A stretch of 64,000 nt of DNA from Bacteroidota bacterium (GTDB lineage: Bacteria > Bacteroidota > Bacteroidia > Flavobacteriales > Flavobacteriaceae), in contig JBCDAX010000008.1 in the NCBI GenBank assembly GCA_039184805.1, positions 35,431-99,430 on the forward strand. Direction: 5' to 3'. Position 1 is the stretch's first letter, and every line of letters begins with the position of its first letter. This document shows positions 31,345-41,397 of this stretch, piece after piece. Under the pieces are notes generated by a model. The model did not search any database, was not told the origin of the DNA, and worked only from the letters and a program-made list of their open reading frames with translations. A program made the position numbers and the translations under genes.

Positions 31345-32904
31345 ATGAAACTTAGAAGTTTAGCTTATACAAGTCTAGCCATCTTATCGGTATGGTCTTG
31401 TAGCAAAGATGACGATTCTGCACCAACCCAGACACCAGAGCCTAAAAACCAAGCACCTACCATTTCATTTATAAGTCCATCCGGAGATGTTTCTGCGGAT
31501 GGGACCTTGTGGAATAGTGTTTCCATAGAGTTGAATGCTGAGGATATCGATGGTACTGTAGCCAAGGTCGAACTTTTTATCAACGGTACGAAAGAAACTG
31601 AATTTACCTCTGCTCCCTACACTTTTGATTGGGACAGTAAAAGCGTAGAAGATGGCACTGTTGAGTTAAAAGCAACTGTAACTGATAATGAGGGGGATGC
31701 GACAACGGAAGCCATCACTGTGAACGTAATGAACGTATTGTTGGATTATAACCTTTACGATGGATTCGTGAATTCTGGGGATAATGTAACGAACTTTACC
31801 TATATCACCGGTCCTGCTCCTGAAAAAAGAATTTTATATGTAGCTGAAATTACAGATGGTATCTTTACTGAAACCGTTCAACGACCAGCTGATTTTGATG
31901 GTGATACATTTGATGTACACTTGTTGGAGTTTATTGATGATGACCAAGATGAAGGTGAGATTACTACTTTTCACAATATTGGTCCTGGAATTTTTAGCCC
32001 TGCACCATCAACACCGACTGATTTTGGTAGCGAACTGGGAGAGGCGAATGTTACCTTTACCAATTTGCCAGAACATGAGTATTCTTTAATTTTTTCTGGA
32101 GGGAATACCAATCCAATCGGAGAAGGTACAGAGCGTTCACTTACTATTTATGAAAAATTTGATTTAGGGTACATCTATTTAAGAGATGGTGATAAAGGAC
32201 ATTATTTGGCAGTCCCATTCGGTGTAGGCAACCATGATTTGCTTTTGGATGATATGAACACTTCCATGCAAGCGCAAACTTTTACAGATGATGGTGCAAA
32301 TAGCACGGCAAGTTTACTGGTACAAGGGCATACCGGGCCAGGACGTTTTTCTCCGGCGGCAACTGTATATCGTGAAAATATCGCGCTGGGAGGTAATGCC
32401 TTTGCAGCCAACTTCCACGTACCCAGTGAAGAAGACGCAGTGTTTGACCACTATTACACCAATGCTAGATTGCAGTCCGATGGTAAAACCTTTGTCCATG
32501 AAGCTTATTATGAAGTATTGACTTCCATGAGAAAAATGGATGCCACCTTTGTTGCTGATAATAAAACTATGTCAGAGTTAAGCATCACAGCTAGCTCCAC
32601 AGATGATTTTGACTTTTTGAATATGAGAAGCCAAATCGCTGCGAGTGATACCTTTACTTTCAGATGGAATAGCTATTCTCCAGATGATAAGGTGTCTTTC
32701 CCTCCAATCCCAACAGAGGTTTTTGAAGCTACCAATGGCGTATTCAATAGTTCGGATATTGCTTTCAAGGATGCCAATATCACTTTTCTGCTGGAAGACC
32801 GGGATAATTATGGCGGGTACAGCGATTATAGAGATATCCGTTTTGGTAGAAAAACTGAAGACACGGAAAGAAACGAACGTATCTACGTTTTTGAAATATT
32901 GTAA
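31345..32904 (+). CDS. Surface lipoprotein with bacterial Ig-like domain and about 400-aa unknown C-terminal region
   Basis: Lipobox VWSC then SKDDD; NQAPTISFISP...KVELFING...APYTFDWDS...LKATVTDNEG is a Big/Ig-like beta-sandwich. Confidence 0.8.
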   Translation: MKLRSLAYTSLAILSVWSCSKDDDSAPTQTPEPKNQAPTISFISPSGDVSADGTLWNSVSIELNAEDIDGTVAKVELFINGTKETEFTSAPYTFDWDSKSVEDGTVELKATVTDNEGDATTEAITVNVMNVLLDYNLYDGFVNSGDNVTNFTYITGPAPEKRILYVAEITDGIFTETVQRPADFDGDTFDVHLLEFIDDDQDEGEITTFHNIGPGIFSPAPSTPTDFGSELGEANVTFTNLPEHEYSLIFSGGNTNPIGEGTERSLTIYEKFDLGYIYLRDGDKGHYLAVPFGVGNHDLLLDDMNTSMQAQTFTDDGANSTASLLVQGHTGPGRFSPAATVYRENIALGGNAFAANFHVPSEEDAVFDHYYTNARLQSDGKTFVHEAYYEVLTSMRKMDATFVADNKTMSELSITASSTDDFDFLNMRSQIAASDTFTFRWNSYSPDDKVSFPPIPTEVFEATNGVFNSSDIAFKDANITFLLEDRDNYGGYSDYRDIRFGRKTEDTERNERIYVFEIL

Positions 32905-32926
32905 TTAACTACCAACCTATACACTT

Positions 32927-32959
32927 AAAGCCATTCCCAAATCTTGGGGATGGTTTTTT
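32927..32959 (+). terminator. Intrinsic terminator after the Ig-like lipoprotein
   Basis: AAAGCCATTCCCAA-ATC-TTGGGGATGGTTTTTT. Confidence 0.8.
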
Positions 32960-33084
32960 ATTTATAGATATCCTATTGATTTCTAAAGTTAGAGTTCAAA
33001 TGCAAAGGAGGGATTCAATACAAGTTATTTGGCATCCCTAATATCGAGGAATAGGTTGTCAAGGAAAGCTAAAAAGGATGTATG

Positions 33085-33993
33085 TTACACCTCAATACTA
33101 TATCCTTCCGAAGCGACTTTACCAGAATCAAAGTAGAAATCAATACGTCCTAAGTTGATACCATAGCAGCCTACTTGGTTCACAAGAACTGGATTACCCG
33201 CTTTATTGGTACGGACTTCAGGCTTATCCAAAAAGGTATGGGTGTGCCCACCGATAATCAAATGCGTATGTGAAGTCCTCTGGGCCAATTGGGTATCAGA
33301 TGGTCTCTGTGGATTCTGATAGTTATATCCTAAATGGGACAGACAGATGATAAGGTCACAATTCTCTTCCTCTTTCAGCTTTCTTTCCATATCCAGCGCC
33401 AGTTCATAAGGATTCAAATACAGAGTTTCCTTGTACAGCTTTTTTAGTACAAGTCCGTCCAACTCAATACCTATTCCGTAAATCCCAATTCGTAGGCCAT
33501 CCATCTTATACACCTTGTAAGGCTTTACAAAACCATTCAGTGCTGTATTGGAAAAGTCATAATTGGCTGAAAGTAAATCAAATTGAGCATGCGGCACTTG
33601 CGCCAAAAGACCATCCACCCCATTGTCAAAATCGTGATTTCCAATAGTTGCAGCATCGTAATGAAGCTTGCTCATAAGCTTAAATTCCAGTTCGCCACCA
33701 TAGAAATTAAAGAAGGGTGTTCCCTGAAAAATATCTCCGGCATCCAGGAGTAACGTATTAGGGTTTTCATCTCGTATCTTAGCCACCAAATCCGCTCTAC
33801 GGGCAATACCACCTAGATTGGCCCATCTTGAATGCTCACTTGGAAAAGGCTCAATGTGGCTATGAACATCATTGGTATGAAGTATGGTCACATGTTTTTT
33901 GCCTAAAGTAGTGCAAGAGTCCAATCCCAAACCACTCAAAGTCAAAAGTGTGGAAGTTGCCGCAGTATTTCGTAAAAAATCCCTTCTTTTCAT
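33085..33993 (-). CDS. 5'-nucleotidase metallophosphoesterase subunit
   Basis: ILHTNDVHS, LLDAGD, GNHDFD, CLSHLG, GGHTH; twin-arginine N-terminus MKRRDFL. Confidence 0.92.
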   Translation of the reverse strand: MKRRDFLRNTAATSTLLTLSGLGLDSCTTLGKKHVTILHTNDVHSHIEPFPSEHSRWANLGGIARRADLVAKIRDENPNTLLLDAGDIFQGTPFFNFYGGELEFKLMSKLHYDAATIGNHDFDNGVDGLLAQVPHAQFDLLSANYDFSNTALNGFVKPYKVYKMDGLRIGIYGIGIELDGLVLKKLYKETLYLNPYELALDMERKLKEEENCDLIICLSHLGYNYQNPQRPSDTQLAQRTSHTHLIIGGHTHTFLDKPEVRTNKAGNPVLVNQVGCYGINLGRIDFYFDSGKVASEGYSIEV

Positions 33994-33994
33994 A

Positions 33995-34759
33995 TTAGTT
34001 CAATTGTATAAAACGGTCATCTACTTTGGCGGTTAACGTGTCTTTTTTCTTAAAGTGGTCAATGATGGCATTTCTGAGTAAGTACTCTGTGTCCAAAATA
34101 GAATCAACAGCAGGGAAAAAACCAATATCGGCCCCACCAGCAACTAAATAATCCGAAGTGGCCACATAATAGTCCCTACTTTCATTAAAGGGTTGTCCTT
34201 GAATGTTTACAGACTCCAAAGAGCCAGAGGCATTTAAAGTAATATCCATGCCAGAAAAGGGGTGAGCCCTTTCAGAACGAGTCAAAAATAGAATCAGTTC
34301 CCGAACCTGAGTGCCATTGAGTTTAACTACAGAAATGTAATTCTCAAAAGGCATGATTTCATACCCGTTTCGTGCGCTAACAGTTCCCTTGGATAAAATG
34401 GAACGGATTCCGCCTTTGTTCATGATTACAAAATCCAGGGGCTTATTTATTTTTCGCTGTACAATAGGCTGGGTTTCCTCAAAAACCAAATCCGCAAAGA
34501 AGTTTCCCATGGAGGTATTCTTTGTGCCCTCTTCAAAAACCAAGGAAACCGGAACATAGGCAAGAGTACTGTCCAGCACCTCATCCACTCTTTTCTTATA
34601 AGGCTCAATAAACTGTCTAATGGAATCAACCTCTCCAAGGGTATTGTCAATGTTTAATTGTGACCCTTGTATTCGGGTGAGATGTGTATTGGCATCTTTA
34701 CAAGAGAAAGATATCAATGTTATAATTATAACAAAATGTTTTATTTTTAGATTTAGCAC
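33995..34759 (-). CDS. 5'-nucleotidase C-terminal (substrate-binding) domain lipoprotein
   Basis: GTG start; lipobox ISFSC; MGNFFAD, MNKGGIRS, IMPFEN, VATSDYL. Confidence 0.88.
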   Translation of the reverse strand: MLNLKIKHFVIIITLISFSCKDANTHLTRIQGSQLNIDNTLGEVDSIRQFIEPYKKRVDEVLDSTLAYVPVSLVFEEGTKNTSMGNFFADLVFEETQPIVQRKINKPLDFVIMNKGGIRSILSKGTVSARNGYEIMPFENYISVVKLNGTQVRELILFLTRSERAHPFSGMDITLNASGSLESVNIQGQPFNESRDYYVATSDYLVAGGADIGFFPAVDSILDTEYLLRNAIIDHFKKKDTLTAKVDDRFIQLN

Positions 34760-34822
34760 CTTCGTATCTTTGTATAAGTAATCTTGGTAGAATATTTACC
34801 TTTGCAAAAATGGATGAAAAAA

Positions 34823-35356
34823 ATGTTTTTCAAAGGACTCCAGGATAAATTTAAAGTTAAATCAGGGCAAAAGTTTTTGTTGGAAGAGATGCAAAAGCCC
34901 CAAATCGCTGTCAAAAGGGATAAGGGAATTACAAGTGTCGGCTGCATTGTGGATTTGGACAATTTTGTGGACGGGGAACGATTTTATGAGTTAATAGAGG
35001 ATTATTCGCTCAGACCCAACGCCATAAAAATAATAGGGTATAAGAGGGATTTTGACAATACTTCTCCTTATGCAATCCAAATTTTCTCAGACAAGGATTT
35101 AGGCTGGAAAGGGGATATCGAAAACGGATATGTTTTGGAGTTTTTAGGAAGGGAATACGATATGCTCCTCAATTATTATGAGGAGGATAATTTGATGTTA
35201 AAGCTCCTTTCTATACGAACACCAGCCCGATTGAAGGTAGGATTCGGTTCTCTGGACCCCAAATTTAACGACTTGATTTTGAATACCCCTTTCAAGGATT
35301 TTAATCTTTTTAAGAGTGAGTTGAAAAAGTATTTAAAAGTTTTAAACGAAATATAG
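34823..35356 (+). CDS. Conserved hypothetical protein (DUF6913-like)
   Basis: FSDKDLGWKG, YDMLLNYY, KVGF; -7 element TACCTTTG at 34797-34804; start could also be 34814. Confidence 0.65.
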   Translation: MFFKGLQDKFKVKSGQKFLLEEMQKPQIAVKRDKGITSVGCIVDLDNFVDGERFYELIEDYSLRPNAIKIIGYKRDFDNTSPYAIQIFSDKDLGWKGDIENGYVLEFLGREYDMLLNYYEEDNLMLKLLSIRTPARLKVGFGSLDPKFNDLILNTPFKDFNLFKSELKKYLKVLNEI

Positions 35357-36246
35357 TGGAACAGTTCATTGGGACAGGGGTAGCGTTGGTAACCCCGTTT
35401 ACAGAAAATGGTTCAATTGATTTTCCCGCTTTGGAGCGCATAGTTGAATACAATATTCAGGGAGGCGTAGATTACTTGGTTGTATTGGGAACTACTGGAG
35501 AATCAGTTACCCTAACCAAAGAAGAGAAAAAACAGGTGGCCCAAAAAGTAAGCACAGTGAATGCGGGTAGATTGCCTTTGGTTTTGGGTATCGGAGGCAA
35601 TAACACCATGGCTATTGCACAGCAGCTGCGTGAGACGGATGTGTCTGATTACGATGCCATTCTCTCCGTATCACCATCCTACAACAAACCTACCCAAGAA
35701 GGAATTTATCTGCATTTTAAGGTGCTGGCAGAGGTCAGTCCCAAACCCATCATTATGTACAATGTTCCCTCAAGGACAGGGAGCAATATGCTATCTGAAA
35801 CCACCGTGCGATTGGCTCAGGATTTTGAAAATATTATAGGAATCAAGGAAGCCTGTGGTAATTCAATTCAAATAGATGCTATTTTACAGACCAAGCCCCA
35901 TGACTTTTTGGTAATTTCTGGCGATGATTTTACCGCATTACCCACAGTTCTATCCGGAGGTGCTGGGGTTATTTCGGTTTTGGGCCAAGGATTGCCTCAG
36001 GAGTTTTCACAGATGATACGTCTTGGACTTCAAGAACAATCCAAAACGGCATTCCAAATCCATCATCAACTGATGCCCTTGATGCACATGATTTTTGAAG
36101 AAGGAAATCCAGCTGGGATAAAAAGCATCTTCGAACACTTGGGCTTGAGCACCGCTTGGGTTCGTTTGCCCTTGGTTGAAGCATCCGGTACTCTTAAAGA
36201 GAAAATCACCAATTTTCTAAAGTCTATGAGTAAAGTGAGTGCCTAA
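35356..36246 (+). CDS. dapA: 4-hydroxy-tetrahydrodipicolinate synthase
   Basis: GTGVALVTPF, LGTTGES, MYNVPSRTG, GIKEA. Confidence 0.96.
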   Translation: MEQFIGTGVALVTPFTENGSIDFPALERIVEYNIQGGVDYLVVLGTTGESVTLTKEEKKQVAQKVSTVNAGRLPLVLGIGGNNTMAIAQQLRETDVSDYDAILSVSPSYNKPTQEGIYLHFKVLAEVSPKPIIMYNVPSRTGSNMLSETTVRLAQDFENIIGIKEACGNSIQIDAILQTKPHDFLVISGDDFTALPTVLSGGAGVISVLGQGLPQEFSQMIRLGLQEQSKTAFQIHHQLMPLMHMIFEEGNPAGIKSIFEHLGLSTAWVRLPLVEASGTLKEKITNFLKSMSKVSA

Positions 36247-36352
36247 CCACAAGTTAAAGCTTCGCTAAAGTCTATAAATATCTCCAAGACTGCCTTATTT
36301 TTATGATGTTAATCCGTTTTTTAAATCCGCGGATAATAGCTACTTTTGCAAA

Positions 36353-37186
36353 ATGTTTTTGAAAATGAGGGTATCTTTTTTCTTTTTAATAATCACTGGC
36401 TTTTTTTTGTTATCAAGCTGTAGCGAGTACCAAAAAGTACTTAAGGAGACTGATGTAAAGGCTAAGTATGAACTTGCTGAAAAATATTACAAGGAAGGTG
36501 ACTACAAGCGGGCGCAACGATTGTTTGAGCAGATAGCTCCGAGATACGTAGGGAAACCTCAGGGGGAAAGAGTTATGTTTTTCTTTGCAGATACCTATTA
36601 CAAAAACAAAGATTTCTATTTATCAGGATACCAATTCGAACGTTTTGTGAAGTCCTATCCCACTAGTGATAAGATTCAAGAGGCCTCCTTTTTGGGAGCG
36701 AAAAGTTATTATATGTTGTCTCCAAAGTATTCTTTGGACCAAACAGATACTGACAAAGCTCTTGCAAAGCTTCAAACGTTTATCAATACGTATCCCGAAT
36801 CAGAATTTTTCGCTGAAGCAAATAAAATGGCGAAAGAGTTGACCACTAAAAAGGAAAAGAAACAGATAGAAATCGCAAAGCAATTCAACAAGTTGGGAGA
36901 GTTCAATTTCCCCATATTGGTATCTGCAATGACCGCTTTGGACAATTTTGTTTCCGATAACCCTGGCTCATTATACCGAGAAGAAGCATTGTTTTACAAA
37001 ATTGAAGCGACTACTAATTTGGCTATGAACAGTACGGACAGTAGAAAGAAAGAACGTCTGGAAGAGGCCCAAGATTCGTACAACACATTAATGAAATATT
37101 TTCCTGATTCGAAATTCAAGAAAAGAGCGGATAATTTAAAGGAAAGAATACAGAAAGAATTGGGTAATTTTTCTGAAAGTAAATAA
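36353..37186 (+). CDS. bamD: Outer-membrane assembly lipoprotein BamD
   Basis: Lipobox LLSSC; TPR helices; SPKYSLDQTDT; -7 element TACTTTTG at 36341-36348. Confidence 0.92.
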   Translation: MFLKMRVSFFFLIITGFFLLSSCSEYQKVLKETDVKAKYELAEKYYKEGDYKRAQRLFEQIAPRYVGKPQGERVMFFFADTYYKNKDFYLSGYQFERFVKSYPTSDKIQEASFLGAKSYYMLSPKYSLDQTDTDKALAKLQTFINTYPESEFFAEANKMAKELTTKKEKKQIEIAKQFNKLGEFNFPILVSAMTALDNFVSDNPGSLYREEALFYKIEATTNLAMNSTDSRKKERLEEAQDSYNTLMKYFPDSKFKKRADNLKERIQKELGNFSESK

Positions 37187-37208
37187 AGATAAACATACGT
37201 AAAGGACC

Positions 37209-37535
37209 ATGCACGATTTAAAGAATACAAAAGCTCCGGTTTCTACCAAAACATTGAATCGAAACGAGTTTGATGATAAAACGGAGAACATTTACGAAGC
37301 TATTTCAATCACAGCAAAAAGAGCAATTCAAATTAACTCTGAGATAAAGAAAGAGTTGTTGGAAAAACTTGAGGAGTTTGCCACTTATAGTGACAGCCTT
37401 GAAGAGGTTTTTGAAAACAAGGAGCAAATTGAAGTTTCCAAGTTTTACGAAAAGCTTCCAAAGCCACATGCATTGGCGGTCATCGAATGGCTTGAAGACA
37501 AAATCTATTACAGAAACACAGAGAAAGACGCATAA
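37209..37535 (+). CDS. rpoZ: RNA polymerase omega subunit (Bacteroidota type)
   Basis: ENIYEAISITAKRAIQIN, EQIEVSKFYEKLPKP; position between bamD and coaBC. Confidence 0.88.
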   Translation: MHDLKNTKAPVSTKTLNRNEFDDKTENIYEAISITAKRAIQINSEIKKELLEKLEEFATYSDSLEEVFENKEQIEVSKFYEKLPKPHALAVIEWLEDKIYYRNTEKDA

Positions 37536-37538
37536 ATT

Positions 37539-38744
37539 ATGCTCAGCGGTAAAAAAGTCCTTTTGGGAGTTACCGGGGGAATTGCCGCATACAAGACCAC
37601 CTTTTTAACGAGGTTATTGATAAAAGCTGGTGCCGAGGTCAAAATTGTATTGACTTCAAGTGCCAGCTCTTTTGTTTCCCCGCTGACGCTATCCACCCTG
37701 TCTAAAAATCCGGTTTTGATGGATTTTGTAAACGAAGAGGATGGCAGTATTTCTTGGAACAACCATGTAGAACTGGGTTTATGGGCAGATGTTATGATTA
37801 TTGCACCTGCAACGGCCAATACCCTTTCCAAAATGGCCAATGGCATTTGTGATAATTTACTCTTGGCTACCTATCTATCGGCAAAATGTCCGGTATATTT
37901 TGCGCCCGCGATGGATTTGGATATGTACAAGCACCCATCTACCAAATCCACATTGGATAAGTTGGTTTCTTTTGGGAATAAAATGATTCCAGCAGAAAGA
38001 GGAGAGTTGGCAAGCGGTCTCCACGGTGAGGGACGTATGGCCGAACCCGAAACGATATGTTCTTTCATTACGGAGGATATACTTTCCGAACTTCCTTTAA
38101 GAGAAAAGAAAGTTTTGATTACTGCCGGACCAACCCACGAAGCCATAGACCCCGTGAGGTTTTTGGGAAACCGTTCTTCGGGTACAATGGGTTTTGAGTT
38201 GGCTAAAGCTGCTGCAAATAAAGGAGCAGAGGTCATCTTGGTATCGGGCCCAACCAACTTGGATGTCGCTAATGAAAAAATACAGCTTGTTCGTGTTACT
38301 TCAGCCCAAGAAATGTATGAGGCTTGCCACAAGTATTATATGGATATAGATATTGCCATAAGTGCGGCGGCCGTTGCTGATTATCGCCCAAAAGAGGTTC
38401 ATACAGAAAAGATGAAGAAAAAAGAAGGTGACTTGGTCATCGAACTGGAAAGAAACCCTGACATTCTGTTATCCATGGGGCAACAAAAGAAAAACCAATT
38501 CCTTGTAGGCTTTGCCCTCGAAACAGAAAACGAAATGGACAATGCAAGGGGTAAACTGGAGCGAAAAAATCTAGATGCCATTGTTTTGAATTCCCTAAAA
38601 GATGACGGAGCGGGTTTTGGTGGAGGAACCAATAAAGTTTCGTTCATCGATAAGAATTTGGATATAAAAACGTTTGCTTTGAAGACGAAGTCCGAAGTGG
38701 CTGTGGATATTTGGGACGAAATCATTGCAAGGATTCATGCGTAA
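37539..38744 (+). CDS. coaBC: Phosphopantothenoylcysteine decarboxylase/ligase
   Basis: GVTGGIAAYK, IAPATAN, APAMD, ITAGPTHEAIDPVRF, AAVADY. Confidence 0.97.
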   Translation: MLSGKKVLLGVTGGIAAYKTTFLTRLLIKAGAEVKIVLTSSASSFVSPLTLSTLSKNPVLMDFVNEEDGSISWNNHVELGLWADVMIIAPATANTLSKMANGICDNLLLATYLSAKCPVYFAPAMDLDMYKHPSTKSTLDKLVSFGNKMIPAERGELASGLHGEGRMAEPETICSFITEDILSELPLREKKVLITAGPTHEAIDPVRFLGNRSSGTMGFELAKAAANKGAEVILVSGPTNLDVANEKIQLVRVTSAQEMYEACHKYYMDIDIAISAAAVADYRPKEVHTEKMKKKEGDLVIELERNPDILLSMGQQKKNQFLVGFALETENEMDNARGKLERKNLDAIVLNSLKDDGAGFGGGTNKVSFIDKNLDIKTFALKTKSEVAVDIWDEIIARIHA

Positions 38745-39627
38745 ACTACTTTTCCTTTTTTCCTTTCTAATAAGTTGCTCTTTTGTAATGGCTCAAGAGC
38801 TTAACTGTGAAGTAGTGGTCAATTCCGACCAAGTCAATCAAACCAACCAACAGATTTTTAGAACACTGGAACGTTCCCTAAACGATTTTGTAAACAAGAA
38901 CAAATGGACAAATCGGGTTTTTAAGGAGAATGAACGCATTAATGCCAGAATGTTCATCACGGTCACCCAATATGAATCGGATAGGTTTGAAGCCAACATT
39001 CAAATTCAATCCTCTAGACCTGTTTATAATACCTCTTATGAAAGTCCTGTCTTCAATTACAAAGACAATGCCTTTAATTTTATTTATCAAGAATTCCAGC
39101 CTTTGGTGTACAATGAAAATGTATTTGAATCCAATCTAATAGCCGTTTTGGCCTACTATGTCTATGTTATTATTGGATTGGATGCTGATACCTTTTCCCT
39201 TCAAGGAGGAGATGATTTTTACAGAAAGGCACAAAATATCGTAACTCAGGCGCAGGGAACCAATTCTGCCGGTTGGAGTCAAGAAACCGGAACCCGTTCC
39301 CGTTTTGAATTGGTGGATAACCTTTTGAGCAATTCTTTCCGGGAGTATCGCATAGCGATGTACAACTACCACCGTAAAGGATTGGATATTCTAGGCGATA
39401 ACAATAGTACTGGTAAACAGGTGATAGCAGGAAGTTTAAGGCTTTTTGAAACGCTTATCAAAAGAAGACCCAACGCGTTTTTAATTCAAACCTTTTTTGA
39501 CGCAAAGTCAGAAGAAATTCAGAATATTTTTTCAGATGGCCCCAAAGTCGACATTGTGCGTCTTAAGGAGACCTTGAATAGCGTGGCTCCTTTTTATTCC
39601 AATATCTGGAATGAAATAAATTACTAG
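38737..39627 (+). CDS. DUF4835 family exported protein (I recall it annotated as T9SS-associated PorD)
   Basis: Signal peptide, AQELNCEVVVN, SRPVYNTSY, AYYVYVIIGLDADTF; ATG overlaps the coaBC end. Confidence 0.72.
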   Translation: MRKLLFLFSFLISCSFVMAQELNCEVVVNSDQVNQTNQQIFRTLERSLNDFVNKNKWTNRVFKENERINARMFITVTQYESDRFEANIQIQSSRPVYNTSYESPVFNYKDNAFNFIYQEFQPLVYNENVFESNLIAVLAYYVYVIIGLDADTFSLQGGDDFYRKAQNIVTQAQGTNSAGWSQETGTRSRFELVDNLLSNSFREYRIAMYNYHRKGLDILGDNNSTGKQVIAGSLRLFETLIKRRPNAFLIQTFFDAKSEEIQNIFSDGPKVDIVRLKETLNSVAPFYSNIWNEINY

Positions 39628-39673
39628 TCCATTTCTTCAAAGACAATTATCTTTATCGGGTAAAATATAGAAT

Positions 39674-41332
39674 GTGCTTACCCATCTTTCCATTAAAAAT
39701 TATGCATTGATAAATGACATCAATGTTTCCTTCTCGGAAGGCTTCACCACCATCACTGGTGAAACAGGAGCTGGAAAATCCATTCTTCTGGGAGGATTGG
39801 CATTAGCCTTGGGGAAACGGGCGGATATGTCCAGTTTGCAAAACGACCAACAAAAATGCATTATTGAAGCAGAATTCACTATATCCAAATACGGGTTGCC
39901 ACATTTCTTTGATAAGCATGATTTGGATTATGAAGATGAGACCATTTTACGCAGAGAAATCCTGCCAAGTGGCAAGTCAAGGGCTTTCATCAATGATTCC
40001 CCAGTGACTTTGGATATTCTTAGATCGCTTGGTGAACAGTTGGTTGATGTACATTCCCAACACCAAACTCTAAAGTTGACTGAAAACGATTTTCAGTTGA
40101 AGGTAGTGGATGCTTTGGCCAACAATATGGAAAGGTTAGGCATTTATAGGCAAAACTTGGCTAATTATAAAAGGTTGACGGCTCAACTACAGGAACTTCA
40201 GGATTTTCAAGCTGGAGCAAACAAAGAGTATGATTACAATTCTTTTTTATTAAAAGAGTTGGAGGCTGCTCAGCTTAAAGCTGGTATTCAAGAGGAATTG
40301 GAGACGGAGTATGAACAGCTTAGCAATGTAGAACAGATTATGGGATTGCTTACCCAGGGCCATCAGTTGATGAATGGGGACCAAATAGGCATTTCGGAGC
40401 AGGTACGTGAGCTTAGACGTGTTTTACAGAGTCTTTCGCAATTTGGAACCAAGTACCAGGGGCTCAGTGAACGACTAGAATCCATATACATTGAGATGGA
40501 TGATATGGCTTCGGAAATAGAAAACATACAAGATGGTGTTGAAGCCAACCCACAACGACTGGAAAGTATAAACGGTCAATTGCATCAGCTCTATGATTTA
40601 CAGAAAAAGCATCAGGTTAATTCCGTGGAAGAACTCATTCAGGTAAAGAATGAATTGGAGAAAAAAGTCTCTGATGTAGAGAATATAGAATCTACGATTC
40701 TTGAAAAGGAGCAAGAATGTTTTAAGGCCCAAAAAGTCTTGGAAGAATTGGCTTTACAACTTAGGGATGCTCGAAATTCTGTAATTCCACAACTTAAAAG
40801 TAGATTACAGGACAGTCTTTATCTTTTGGGAATGCCATCGGCTACCTTTAAAATAGAAGTAAATCCTGCTCAAGATTTCAAATCCAATGGGAAAGACGAT
40901 TTGAGTTTCCTTTTTTCGGCGAATAAAGGTTCGTCCTATGGCGAATTGAAAAAAGTGGCGTCTGGAGGTGAACTCTCTCGAATTATGTTGACCATAAAAT
41001 CAATTTTGGCTCAATATGAACACTTGCCCACTTTGATGTTTGACGAAATTGACACCGGGGTATCAGGAGAGATTTCGGGGAAAATGGGCGAGATAATGTT
41101 GGAAATGAGTAAGAACATGCAGGTTTTTTCCATAACACACTTGCCGCAGGTCGCTTCCAAGGGAAAACATCAATTCAAAGTGTACAAAGGGGAGCAAGGA
41201 GGAGTGGATATTACTCAGATGCGACAATTATCGGAAGAAGAGCGAATCGAAGAATTGGCCGAAATGTTGGGTGGAAAGACCCTCTCAGATTCCGCTATGG
41301 CCCATGCTCGCGAGCTCTTAAAACAACCTTAG
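39674..41332 (+). CDS. recN: DNA repair protein RecN
   Basis: ITGETGAGKS, coiled coil, VASGGELSR, MFDEIDTGVSG, ITHLPQVA. Confidence 0.97.
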   Translation: MLTHLSIKNYALINDINVSFSEGFTTITGETGAGKSILLGGLALALGKRADMSSLQNDQQKCIIEAEFTISKYGLPHFFDKHDLDYEDETILRREILPSGKSRAFINDSPVTLDILRSLGEQLVDVHSQHQTLKLTENDFQLKVVDALANNMERLGIYRQNLANYKRLTAQLQELQDFQAGANKEYDYNSFLLKELEAAQLKAGIQEELETEYEQLSNVEQIMGLLTQGHQLMNGDQIGISEQVRELRRVLQSLSQFGTKYQGLSERLESIYIEMDDMASEIENIQDGVEANPQRLESINGQLHQLYDLQKKHQVNSVEELIQVKNELEKKVSDVENIESTILEKEQECFKAQKVLEELALQLRDARNSVIPQLKSRLQDSLYLLGMPSATFKIEVNPAQDFKSNGKDDLSFLFSANKGSSYGELKKVASGGELSRIMLTIKSILAQYEHLPTLMFDEIDTGVSGEISGKMGEIMLEMSKNMQVFSITHLPQVASKGKHQFKVYKGEQGGVDITQMRQLSEEERIEELAEMLGGKTLSDSAMAHARELLKQP

Positions 41333-41397
41333 CCATTCCATAGCATAATCAGAAAGAATAAATATCTTTGCGGCTAAACCAACGCGAATAAAATACT

